Assembly: GCA_963719315.1 (NCBI GenBank)
Contig: CAVRBU010000002.1
Span: forward strand, 1,440,001 to 1,504,000
Source: an uncultured Planctomycetota bacterium
GTDB taxonomy: Bacteria > Planctomycetota > Planctomycetia > Pirellulales > Lacipirellulaceae
Direction of reading: 5' to 3'
Length of the DNA stretch: 64,000 nt
The notes beneath the pieces are model-generated. The model saw only the letters and a list, made by a program, of their open reading frames with translations. It did no database searches and was not told where the DNA came from. Position 1 is the stretch's first letter, and every line of letters starts with the position of its first letter. Positions 1 to 9,258 of this stretch are shown one piece after another. A program made the position numbers and the translations under genes.

Positions 1-1
1 C

Positions 2-1437
2 CTGCAAAGCGAGCCGACCAGCAAGAAATTCGAAGAGTTGCTGTCCCGCCCGCGCCAGAATTCGGCACAGCGGTGGATCGTGGTCGATCCGCCCTCGCTG
101 GCCAACTTTCAATCGCCGCCGAGCGCGGCGGACGTTGCGATTTGCGCGCCGCATGGACTGGCTTTTTGCGGTTCGGCGTTTCAATTTCCGGCTTACATTC
201 AATCGGCAACCGAAGCGCCGCAAAAGAGCGAGGCGGTCCGCACGGCTCGCGCGAGCGAGTTCGTCCATCGACTGATTTCCGCCAAATTACACGGGGCCGA
301 CGCGATCATCATCCCCAAGCCTTTCGATGATGACAAAGGGTTGATGCGCACCGACGGCATGCCGGCCGAATTGCTACTGCCGTGGCGCACGACCGCGGCG
401 ATGCTGGGCGGAGCGAAGTACCTGGGCGAAATGCAGCTTCCGTCGAACAGCGAGAACCGCATCTTCTTGCGACCCGATAGGCAGGTCGTAATGGTCGCCT
501 GGAACCGCAAACCGACCCGCGAGGTCTTGTATCTCGGCCCGAACGTGCGGCAGTTCGACCTCCTGGGCCGCGCAAACCGGTGGCTCAGCAAGACCACGAG
601 CAAGCAATTGACGTTGGCCCGACGCCCACGTTCGTGCTCGGCTTGCACGAAGCGATCACGCGTTGGCGAATGAACGCCAAATTCGAAACGACGCAAGTCC
701 CCAGCGTCTTTTCCAAGCCGCATCACAACGCACTGGCGTTCAAGAACTTTTTCCCACAGGGTGTTGGCGGGTCCGTGAAAATCGTCGTCTTGCAAGCCCA
801 GGACGCGAACGAATCGGCCGGCCGTTCGGACGCAGTCGCCACCGGCTTTGCGCTCGATCGCTGGACGATCGAGCCGCCACACGCCGCCTTTCAGCTAGCG
901 GCCGATGCGGAAACCAAGTTTCCGTTCGATATCAAACTGAAAAACGCCCTTTACGGCAAGCAGCCGATCCGCGTCGATTTCGTCATCGAAGCCGACGAGC
1001 GACTGGAGTTCAGCGTGTATCGCGATATGGAAGTCGGCACCGAAGACATCGCGCTCGAATTGAAGTCGCACCTCGACAAAGACGGCACGCTCATTGTCGA
1101 ACAATTCATGACCAATCGCACGGACCGGCTGGCGGATTTCAAATGCCACCTGCGTTCAAAGGGGCATCAGCCGCAACGGATGCAAGTCTACCGCTTGGGT
1201 CGCCAACAAGATCGCAAAGTCTATCGCCTTCCCGACGGCCGCGATCTGGTCGGCAAGGAAATGCTCTTGGAAATCGAAGAGGTCAACGGCCCGCGGATGC
1301 TTAACTACCGTTTCGTCGCTAGCGATCAAGTGAAGAGTTACGTTGAGTCCGAGGGAGAAGAAGCCGCGAAACCCGACAGCGAAAACAAGGCAAATCCGAG
1401 CGACGCTCCACGGCCGCTCGCGAAGCTGGGATCTTGA
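2..1437 (+). CDS. Hypothetical planctomycete protein, 5'-truncated by window; apparent frameshift near 575 joins ORFs 38-673 and 580-1437
   Basis: Frame is open from base 2 (LQSEPTSKKFEELLSRP...). Protein-like sequence switches frame at GRANRW / VAQQDHEQAIDVG and stops at 1437. Confidence 0.7.
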
Positions 1438-1499
1438 CGATTAGGTAAACGGCGACATGCCCCCAAGTGGGGCCCGCGTAATGCTCGCGTCCTGCTCGG

Positions 1500-1527
1500 T
1501 TGACCGCCATTGGCTCACATCTAAAAT
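1500..1527 (+). promoter_or_regulatory. Sigma70-like promoter TTGACC-N16-TAAAAT upstream of the GT2 operon
   Basis: Near-consensus -35 and -10 hexamers in the intergenic region, oriented toward the next gene. Confidence 0.55.
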
Positions 1528-1685
1528 GGGGGATGCGACATGAGGTCGCGCGACCCGCTGCGAATGGACTTGCTAGCGATAAACGTGTCGCTGAAGTCGA
1601 AAGACTTCAGGCCTGCTGGAGCGGTCGAAATACTTGTGAATTCCGCTACAGCTCATAGGTTGTTCCTTTGCGAGAAGTGTGCGTC

Positions 1686-2456
1686 ATGCAATCACCGCCC
1701 CGCGTTCTGACGGCGTTACCAGTTTACAACGAAGTCTCGCACGTAAACCCGGTGCTTGATGAAGTGGTTCGTTACGCCGGCGATGTACTAGTCGTCGACG
1801 ACGGGTCGACCGATGGAACTTCGGATTTACTCTCAGCGCGGCCGGATATCCGCCGCATCCGTCACGAAAAAAACCGCGGCTATGGTGCAGCGCTGATCAC
1901 CGCGTTTCAGTACGCGATCGAGAATCGATACGACGTACTCGTGACGATCGATTGCGATGGCCAGCACGAGCCGCAGCGAATCGGCCAACTGGTCGCCGCG
2001 TGTGGCCACGCCGATATCGTCTCCGGCAGCCGTTACCTGCGAAATATGGAGCAAGCCCACCGCGCGCCGGCCGAACGCCGCCATATCAATACGCAAATCA
2101 CCTACGAACTGAACGAATGCCTCGGACTGTCGCTGACCGATGCGTTCTGCGGCTTCAAGGCGTATCGCGTGCCGGTGCTCGCAAAACTTTCGATCACTGA
2201 GCCGGGCTACGGCATGCCGATCGAATTGTGGGTGCAGGCGGCACTGCATGAGTTGCGAATTGTCGAACTGCCCGTTCCGCTCATCTACTTGGAGGAAGCC
2301 CGCAGCTTCGGCGGCAGCTTGGACGATGGTGGCAAACGGCTCGAGTACTATCATCGCGTGCTCGACAGCGCGATGGCGGCCGCGCAAGCCGAAATTGTTG
2401 CCGGACCGCCGCACGATGCGGTGCCGGAAAATCCCAAGACTGGTTGTACGTGTTAG
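1686..2456 (+). CDS. Glycosyltransferase family 2 (DPM1/polyprenol-phosphate glycosyltransferase-like)
   Basis: LPVYNE, VVDDGSTDGT, NRGYGAAL, IDCDGQH, VSGSRY and TDAFCGFKAY motifs. Confidence 0.9.
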   Translation: MQSPPRVLTALPVYNEVSHVNPVLDEVVRYAGDVLVVDDGSTDGTSDLLSARPDIRRIRHEKNRGYGAALITAFQYAIENRYDVLVTIDCDGQHEPQRIGQLVAACGHADIVSGSRYLRNMEQAHRAPAERRHINTQITYELNECLGLSLTDAFCGFKAYRVPVLAKLSITEPGYGMPIELWVQAALHELRIVELPVPLIYLEEARSFGGSLDDGGKRLEYYHRVLDSAMAAAQAEIVAGPPHDAVPENPKTGCTC

Positions 2457-2498
2457 CACCAAGCGCCTCCTTCCCCCAACTCAGCCGCTCATTGAACC

Positions 2499-4142
2499 AT
2501 GCTGATGGAACGTGCCGTTGAGTTCCGGAGATTGCGTGCACCGCAGGGCGACGGCCAATCGTTGATCGATCCGGCGTGGTCGATGCTGCCGCAAGTCGTT
2601 GCTCGCAACCGCGAGCTGCTCACCGACATTCGGTACGATCTGCACGGGCGGTCGCTGGCGGAGTTGAGCGCCTCGGCCCGGCGAAACCTTGTGCAATTCG
2701 CCGTCGCTTATACGAGCCTCTATCGAAATGTCCCCGAGCGTTGGCAACAATGCGAGCGTCTGGCGGGCGTGCCATTCATTCTCTCGGGGCATCAGCCAGA
2801 ATTGTTTCACCCCGGCGTGTGGTACAAGAACTTCGTGCTGGGCGGCCTGGCACGGCGAACGGAGGGCGTCGGAATCCATCTGCTCATCGATAGCGACTTG
2901 TGCCGCAGCGCTTCGATCCGTGTTCCGACCGGTTCGGTCGAGAGCCCGCGCATCGAAGCCGTACCTTACGACAAGCCCTCGGCCGAAGTACCTTACGAAG
3001 AACGCGCGATTCGAGACATGGCCACGTACAGCAGCTTTGCCGAACGCGCGAGTGCCGTCGTGCGGCCGCTCGTGGCCGAGCCGATGGTCGCGGCCTTTTG
3101 GTCGCTGAGCATCAAGCGTAATTCGAGGCAAACAAATCTCGGCCTGCGACTGGCGCAAGGCCGACACGCTTTCGAAGAATCCTGGCACAACGAGACGCTC
3201 GAGTTGCCGCAAAGCGCCGTCTGCCAACTGCCGGAGTTTGCTTGGTTCGTGGCGCATCTGTTGGCCCACTTGCCGCGTTTCTGGCAGGCACACAATGACG
3301 CGCTCGCCATGTATCGCCACGCGCATCGCTTGCGGAATCGAGCGCAGCCGGTGCCCGATCTGTCGGCCACCGATGGCTGGCTCGAAGCGCCGTTTTGGAT
3401 TTGGTCGACCGAAGATCCGGAGCGGCGGCCGCTCTTCGCGCGGCAAAACGGTCGCCAGGTCGAGATCAGCGATCGGCAGGCGCGTACGATTTCGCTGCCG
3501 CTTACCGAAGAGGGCGACGCCGCTTCCGCAGCCGAACAGTTGGCCTCGCTCTCGGCGCAAGGCATCAAGCTCCGCACCCGTGCGCTCTCGACGACGCTCT
3601 TCGCGCGATTGGTGCTGAGCGACATTTTCCTGCACGGCATTGGCGGAGCCAAATATGACCAGGTAACCGATCAAATCGCGCGGCTCTTTTTCGGCGTCGA
3701 GCCGCCGGAAATTGCGACGGTTTCCGCCACGCTGCGACTCCCGGTGAATTGCGCGGCCCACGATTGCTCGGCCGCCGGACAGTGGGACGAGCGGCTCCGC
3801 GAACTGCGTTATCATCCGGAACATTTTGTCGATTCCGGCGAGAACCACACGAATGGCGATGCGCGAGCGGCCGCGGATATCATCGCCACGAAGCAGCGCT
3901 GGTTGCAAACGCCTAAGTCGCCGCAAAACGCACACGAACGGCACGTGGCGATCGCGCGGGCCAACGAAGCGCTGCAGCCATACGTCGCCCCGTTGCGGGA
4001 CCAGATCGAACGCGAGCGGCACGATATTCAGCAGCACAAACGGAGCGAAGCGATTTTGCGTTCACGCGAGTATTCGTTTTGCCTGTACCCCCGCCGGCAC
4101 TTCGACAAGCTGTTGGCGGAACCGTCGTTGGACCTGGCGTAG
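2499..4142 (+). CDS. Conserved hypothetical protein, distantly BshC-like (Rossmann/HUP-type core plus C-terminal coiled coil)
   Basis: 547 aa ORF. ILSGHQPELFHPGVWYKN resembles the BshC TGQQxGLFxGPxYxxYK motif; later FLHGIGGAKYD and terminal SREYSF. Similarity judged by eye only. Confidence 0.55.
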   Translation: MLMERAVEFRRLRAPQGDGQSLIDPAWSMLPQVVARNRELLTDIRYDLHGRSLAELSASARRNLVQFAVAYTSLYRNVPERWQQCERLAGVPFILSGHQPELFHPGVWYKNFVLGGLARRTEGVGIHLLIDSDLCRSASIRVPTGSVESPRIEAVPYDKPSAEVPYEERAIRDMATYSSFAERASAVVRPLVAEPMVAAFWSLSIKRNSRQTNLGLRLAQGRHAFEESWHNETLELPQSAVCQLPEFAWFVAHLLAHLPRFWQAHNDALAMYRHAHRLRNRAQPVPDLSATDGWLEAPFWIWSTEDPERRPLFARQNGRQVEISDRQARTISLPLTEEGDAASAAEQLASLSAQGIKLRTRALSTTLFARLVLSDIFLHGIGGAKYDQVTDQIARLFFGVEPPEIATVSATLRLPVNCAAHDCSAAGQWDERLRELRYHPEHFVDSGENHTNGDARAAADIIATKQRWLQTPKSPQNAHERHVAIARANEALQPYVAPLRDQIERERHDIQQHKRSEAILRSREYSFCLYPRRHFDKLLAEPSLDLA

Positions 4143-4182
4143 CCGAACTCTTGCGCATTCAGCTCCGGGGCGAATAGAGGGA

Positions 4183-4590
4183 CTACTTCTTCCGCAATTG
4201 CCCCACGCTCGACTGAAAGTAGCGTTGGCGCCGCTTGGCGATTTCGGGCTCCGTGGACGATTGCTGTGATTTGAGATCCTCTATGCTGGCCGCGCAGTAG
4301 CGGCATTGGATCTTTTCGATGTGAAATGCGATGTATTGGGCGACGTCGCGCGGGAGCACGCCTAATAGGTAGCTACCCAGTTGTTCTCGCGGCGGGCAGC
4401 TTAGCCGATGCCGCCGCCAGATATCGCCGAGCGAATGAACGCCAGCGTCCCGCCGGCCGTTAATCGAGGTGAGCTGCTTTTGCAATTCATCGTCGCGGCG
4501 CAGCGCGTCCTCAATCGCCGCCATTCGTTCGATCGGCAGCGACTCGTCGAGAAACGCTTCAAGCTCGGAGTTGGAAAACTCTATGGACAT
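4183..4590 (-). CDS. Small zinc-finger (anti-sigma-like) protein
   Basis: Two LxAFLDExL / LGSYLLGVL segments of ZAS type, and HIEKIQCRYC (HxxxxxCxxC). Directly downstream of an ECF sigma gene. Confidence 0.65.
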   Translation of the reverse strand: MSIEFSNSELEAFLDESLPIERMAAIEDALRRDDELQKQLTSINGRRDAGVHSLGDIWRRHRLSCPPREQLGSYLLGVLPRDVAQYIAFHIEKIQCRYCAASIEDLKSQQSSTEPEIAKRRQRYFQSSVGQLRKK

Positions 4591-4624
4591 AGCGAATTCA
4601 TTTCTCGCAATGGCGCTTGTATCA

Positions 4625-4697
4625 GTAGGGTGTGTCGAGTCCGCGAGACACACCTATTGAACATTCCTGGTGCGTCTCGAAGCCCCGGCGCACCTAC
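4625..4697. repeat. GTAG-type REP dimer (REPIN-like)
   Basis: GTAGGGTGTGTC...GACACACC palindrome followed by an inverted partner ending GCGCACCTAC. Confidence 0.6.
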
Positions 4698-4723
4698 ATC
4701 CACATATGAATCTCATTCCTATT

Positions 4724-5377
4724 TCAACTTGAATCGTTGGAGTAAAGCTCCGGGAACACATCTTCATTCAACCGCTGATTCTTGACCAACTTCCGCAACC
4801 GATCGAGAAAATCGAATTTGAAGTTGGCCACTTGTTGTTCCGTAATGCCCAGGGCTGTCGCAACGTCTTTGTTGGCCGCGCCGCGCACAAACAGTAGCTC
4901 CATGCACTTCACTTTTTCCCAATCGCCCTTCGTGCGCAAGTGATCGATCTGTTCGGCCATGCCGCGGGCGAGCGCTTCTTCTTCGAGCTCACGGCGTTCG
5001 CCGCTGCGGGCGATGCTGCTGGCCGGCCGATCGCCGCCCGGCATGTCCCACGAGCCGCCGCCACTGGATGCCGTGGACGAGAACGGGAGCGCGGGTCGCC
5101 GCCCCTCGCGCCGCAGGTAATCCGTCAGCTTGTGGGCGGCGATTGAAAACAAGTAGCTTTCGAGCGGCCGCCGGGTGTCGTAATTCGGCAAGCTGGTGAG
5201 AAAGCCGATGAACGTTTCTTGCACCACGTCTTCGCTCGAGGCCCGCCGTCGCAGCCGGCTGTCGACGAACGACAGCAACCGGCCCTCGTACTGCGCGATG
5301 AGCGCATTCCAGGCATCGGGCTGGCCGGAGCGGATTTGCTCCACCAACAGCAGGTCGGGGTGGGGCGAGTTGGCCAT
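4724..5377 (-). CDS. ECF-type RNA polymerase sigma-70 factor
   Basis: Region 2 (AWNALIAQYEGRL...SSEDVVQETF...SYLFSIAAHKLTDYLRR) and region 4 HTH (NKDVATALGITEQQV). Confidence 0.9.
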   Translation of the reverse strand: MANSPHPDLLLVEQIRSGQPDAWNALIAQYEGRLLSFVDSRLRRRASSEDVVQETFIGFLTSLPNYDTRRPLESYLFSIAAHKLTDYLRREGRRPALPFSSTASSGGGSWDMPGGDRPASSIARSGERRELEEEALARGMAEQIDHLRTKGDWEKVKCMELLFVRGAANKDVATALGITEQQVANFKFDFLDRLRKLVKNQRLNEDVFPELYSNDSS

Positions 5378-5390
5378 TTGCCGGAGCGGT

Positions 5391-7046
5391 TTAGAAAATG
5401 TGGAGGGGATCAGCCCACAATAACAACGCGATACCGATTATCGCCGCCGGCACGCCCAGAAACAACCGCTTTGTATAATAACCCTTGGTGGCAGTATCGA
5501 TTTTCAAAAGGCCCCAAACCACGCTCAATAGGCCCAACACCGAGGCCGCGCTCACGCCGACCTTGGAAAACTGCATCTGTCGCCGGTAGCCGTCCCAGCG
5601 TTCGCGAAGCTCCTGGTCAACCTTCGGTGTGAATTCGACCAGCGTGTACATCTTCTTCATCGGACCCACGGAACGCTCGACCGACTCGACGTACTCATCT
5701 TTCGCAATTTCGCGGAGCGCGTAATCCAGCGTAACTCCGCTCGACGTCAATCGGGTCAATCGAGAGTCGGCCGAGGCAAGTTCCGAACTTAACTTGTGAT
5801 CCGCAAGATTGCTCTGGTAGGGGACTCCAATTAACTTCTGGATATGCTCGTATACCTTGAGCATGAGCCCGATATTTCGAGCCCGCTCACATTCTTCTTC
5901 GGTCGACCATTCGTCGGTCACAATCACTTCCGATTGGACATCGCCGACGCGCTTGGGAGGGTTATTGACCCAACTGGGTCGCGTGGAAGCAGAATCGTGC
6001 GTCGGTGATTCGGCCCCAACTGGTTTTTCGAATTTGAACGGATTCGACAAAGGATCATCCGAACTTGCAGAAGGTGCGGCATGATTCTCGGCGTGTGCGG
6101 AGGCGTGGATCGAATGGTCGTCTTTAGACGCTGAACTTGCCGCGGCAAAGCTTTCGGCTGAGCTAGCTGGGCGCTTTTGTTTTGACGAACGACGATCCTT
6201 TCCGACGTTAGTCGGCTTGGGGGGCGATACGGTCGCCGCTAGCGGCGGCAGGGGCGGCAGAGGCGCGACACCCGCTTGCGCGGCGGCTGCCGCAAACAGC
6301 ACGGCCGGCGCGGCCGTGGGCGCCATCGGGGCCTGCAGCGCGATGCGCGGAGCGTCGAACTTATCCATCAGCTCGTGGATGTCCATATCTTCGATCTGCT
6401 TTTGAACGTTGGCGCTCATCGAGGCCACGCGCTGTGCAACAGCTTGCTGCTGCCTCATGATCGCCTCCTGTTGCTTGCGAGTTGCTTCGTTGGTCTGTTG
6501 GGCAAGGTCGGCTCCGCGGCGATTTGTTGATGATTGATAGCGAGCATTGCCAAGGACAAATAAAGCCAGAAGGGGCAGCGCGACAAACGCCGGCCAAATT
6601 CGACCGCGTCCGCAGGCGGCGGAACGGGAGAACCCGCGCCGGGCGGCAAGCACCAACAGCGCAAGGATCCCCACTACAATAAAAATCAGCGGAGTAATTG
6701 CAATGTTCCAAGTTGTATTATCGCGAGTTAGCGAAATCGGTGTCGGCTGCGGTACGCCGTTGATCGTCCAGTGTGGTGTGCTAATCACAGGGTTGCCGAG
6801 TGATTTCATCGCGCCTGGATCGACCCTGCTTTGCGAATACCAAAAAAACATGAACAGCAAGGCAACCCCGAATAGAAGTCCCATGAATCCCAAGCCGCCA
6901 ATCAACAGCGCAGCACCTAAACGGCGATTCGCAATTGCCAGTACGATCAGCGCGACTAAAGTTGCGAAGCCGCCGAGCACGACGAGTAGCATCAACGATA
7001 GAACTGCCATCGAAGCCTCTGCTAGAATCAATCCTTCTACAGCCAT
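5391..7046 (-). CDS. Hypothetical membrane protein with N- and C-terminal TM helices and an Ala/Pro/Ser-rich linker
   Basis: Long ORF with hydrophobic helices. Start placed at ATG 7046, just after the kinase stop. Confidence 0.75.
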   Translation of the reverse strand: MAVEGLILAEASMAVLSLMLLVVLGGFATLVALIVLAIANRRLGAALLIGGLGFMGLLFGVALLFMFFWYSQSRVDPGAMKSLGNPVISTPHWTINGVPQPTPISLTRDNTTWNIAITPLIFIVVGILALLVLAARRGFSRSAACGRGRIWPAFVALPLLALFVLGNARYQSSTNRRGADLAQQTNEATRKQQEAIMRQQQAVAQRVASMSANVQKQIEDMDIHELMDKFDAPRIALQAPMAPTAAPAVLFAAAAAQAGVAPLPPLPPLAATVSPPKPTNVGKDRRSSKQKRPASSAESFAAASSASKDDHSIHASAHAENHAAPSASSDDPLSNPFKFEKPVGAESPTHDSASTRPSWVNNPPKRVGDVQSEVIVTDEWSTEEECERARNIGLMLKVYEHIQKLIGVPYQSNLADHKLSSELASADSRLTRLTSSGVTLDYALREIAKDEYVESVERSVGPMKKMYTLVEFTPKVDQELRERWDGYRRQMQFSKVGVSAASVLGLLSVVWGLLKIDTATKGYYTKRLFLGVPAAIIGIALLLWADPLHIF

Positions 7047-7059
7047 CGAAGTATCCGCC

Positions 7060-9180
7060 TCACATCCCAGGTTTGTCCGGTATTTCACTGAGCGCCCGCC
7101 GTTGGCTGGGTGGCATCCACGGGCTAGCTAACTGTGTTGCGACCGCAATGGTGCCGGCGGCCATCATGCCGAGCGGCTGTGGAAACCACCAAAAGAGGTG
7201 TAGCAGCCAGGCCCATCCGGCACACGTGATCGCGCACCACAAGCTCATCCGCGTGGCACGCGTGTACTCGGTCTGCCGCCACCACCGAGGCACAAGAAAC
7301 AGGAATGCAAAGTACGCGACGTAAACCGCGATGGCCGGATTGGCGCCGTTGTCGCCCTGAGGCCAGCCGAGCATTCCGTGCGTCACCAGCCCGTTACCGA
7401 CATCAACCGGCTCGTGCCAGCCCGGCGACTTGAGCATCAAGGTATCGCCGAGGAACCACGCCGACACGCCGACCAGCGTCCCCAGCAACAGCAGCGAGAT
7501 GCGTATCGGCACGTGGTCTTCCAGCCTGCCCTCGAAAAATTTCGACGGCACGAGCACGGCCCAACTGCCAAGCGTGCCGACGAATGCCAACCACAAATAG
7601 CTTGCGATTTGCTCGGATGACGCCTGGTTACGCAGCAAGAGTGGAGCCACGCAGGCCGCGAGCGCCGCCACGATTGCCGCCACCAACATGGAGCCAATAA
7701 GTTCGGATAGCTTCTCGCGCAACGGTTTGGCAATAAGTTGCTGGTTCGCGCGCTCGCGCCACGTGGACCGCACCGGGCGCATGGGGGAACGAGTGACTCC
7801 CATTTTTCGAATGGCCGCTTCCGTCGCCGCCGGGTCCGGCCAGGCCGCGGTAAGTTTCTCGTCGGCGGTGTCAGCGGCGCCATTCGCGTTCACCTTACCG
7901 ACGCCGCCCGGCGCGGAGTACGCGGTCTTCCGCTGCGCGATGCTCGTCCAAACGATGTAGTAAACGAAATAGCACATTCCCACGGTCATCGCCAGCGAAA
8001 TCGAATTATTGAATCCGTACATCAAGCAGGACGCAACGATTGCAAAAACCACGAGCGCTTTTTTGAGCGGGTTTGCGTGAAATTTTTCGCCGGAAAAGCC
8101 TTCGCGAATCGCCTTCCAAATCGGCTCTTCGTCTCTTTCGGCCACCGCTTTGTTCCAATTCACGACTTGCTTTAGCCCATCCGTGGCAGCCGCATCGGCA
8201 GCCTTTAGCGCCGGGCCGCGCGAAACTGGCCACGCGGATTGCGGCGCGGTTTGGAATTGGGGTTGTGCCTCTACTCGCGGTGAATGAGGAACCGCATCGC
8301 CGCCGGGCAAAAGTGCGATCAACTCGCCGACGTTTTTCAATCTCAGATTCGGATCCTTCGCCAGGGCCCGCTGCACGATATCGCGATACGGCTCAGAGAG
8401 CACGCCTAAATCCGGCTCCGCCGTGAGGTGCTTCATCAACACTTCGCCGATGCTTTCGCCTTGGAACGGCACGTGCCCCGTCAGCATTTCGAACAGGATG
8501 ATGCCGAGCGCGTACGTGTCGATCTCGCGGCCATAGCGGCCGTTGGCGATCTCCGGCGCCATGTAATGCACCGTACCGACGCTCTCGGTCTGGCCGCTGC
8601 GGCGGCTGCAGGAGATGAACTTCGCGAGACCGTAGTCGCCGATCTTGACCGTGCCTTCGTCGAAGAAAATGTTGCCCGGCTTCAAGTCGCGGTGGACGAT
8701 GCCATGATCGTGCAAATACGAAACTCCCGCACAAATTCCCCGCATCCACCACAGCGTTTCTTCGATCGGCATGCCGTTCGGGTGGCGCTCGATCACATCT
8801 TCGAGCGATTCCCCGGAAACGTATTCCATGACGACCCACTGGTCGCCCATGTTGTCGGTTTTGATGTCGTAGAGCGCGATTAGATTCGGGTGCTTCAGAT
8901 TGAGGCACTGCGTGACGCCGCGAAGTTCGACATCCAGATTGCGGCGGATAAGTTTGAGCGCGACTTCCTTGCCGGCGTCGCTGGTGGCGAAATAAACTTC
9001 GCCGAAACCGCCCCGCCCTACTCCGCGCTTGATCGTGTACCCCTCGAGCGGCCGCGCGCCGCTGGCGTACGTGAATTTCATCGTTGCGGCTCGGGGCCGC
9101 TCGGCGTCGTCAATTTCCGGCGCAGGCACGTTCATGGCAGAAAGGTTCTCTCGTTCTAGCGTAGCTGTCGGATTGCCCAT
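7060..9180 (-). CDS. Hanks-type Ser/Thr protein kinase with C-terminal multi-pass membrane region
   Basis: GRGGFGEVY, VALK, HRDLKPGN, DYG and GTVHYMAPE motifs. True start may be ATG 9081 (MKFTYASG). Confidence 0.92.
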   Translation of the reverse strand: MGNPTATLERENLSAMNVPAPEIDDAERPRAATMKFTYASGARPLEGYTIKRGVGRGGFGEVYFATSDAGKEVALKLIRRNLDVELRGVTQCLNLKHPNLIALYDIKTDNMGDQWVVMEYVSGESLEDVIERHPNGMPIEETLWWMRGICAGVSYLHDHGIVHRDLKPGNIFFDEGTVKIGDYGLAKFISCSRRSGQTESVGTVHYMAPEIANGRYGREIDTYALGIILFEMLTGHVPFQGESIGEVLMKHLTAEPDLGVLSEPYRDIVQRALAKDPNLRLKNVGELIALLPGGDAVPHSPRVEAQPQFQTAPQSAWPVSRGPALKAADAAATDGLKQVVNWNKAVAERDEEPIWKAIREGFSGEKFHANPLKKALVVFAIVASCLMYGFNNSISLAMTVGMCYFVYYIVWTSIAQRKTAYSAPGGVGKVNANGAADTADEKLTAAWPDPAATEAAIRKMGVTRSPMRPVRSTWRERANQQLIAKPLREKLSELIGSMLVAAIVAALAACVAPLLLRNQASSEQIASYLWLAFVGTLGSWAVLVPSKFFEGRLEDHVPIRISLLLLGTLVGVSAWFLGDTLMLKSPGWHEPVDVGNGLVTHGMLGWPQGDNGANPAIAVYVAYFAFLFLVPRWWRQTEYTRATRMSLWCAITCAGWAWLLHLFWWFPQPLGMMAAGTIAVATQLASPWMPPSQRRALSEIPDKPGM

Positions 9181-9193
9181 CTGTCTAGGTAAC

Positions 9194-9258
9194 GTAGGTC
9201 AGGCTTTGGCCTGACACGTCCTTCGGTTCTAGCAGGTCAGGGCTAAAGCCTGACCTAC
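9194..9258. repeat. GTAG-type REP dimer
   Basis: GTAGGTCAGGC-TTTG-GCCTGAC and an inverted copy ending GCCTGACCTAC that overlaps the FHA gene stop. Confidence 0.6.

Noticed and set aside
2481..4037. Long antisense ORFs (also 35626-37665, 56237-57856, 15260-16333, 33336-34781)
   Set aside because: Shadow frames typical of GC-rich coding DNA, with no motifs of their own; 33336-34781 only includes a fragment of the inner IS630.
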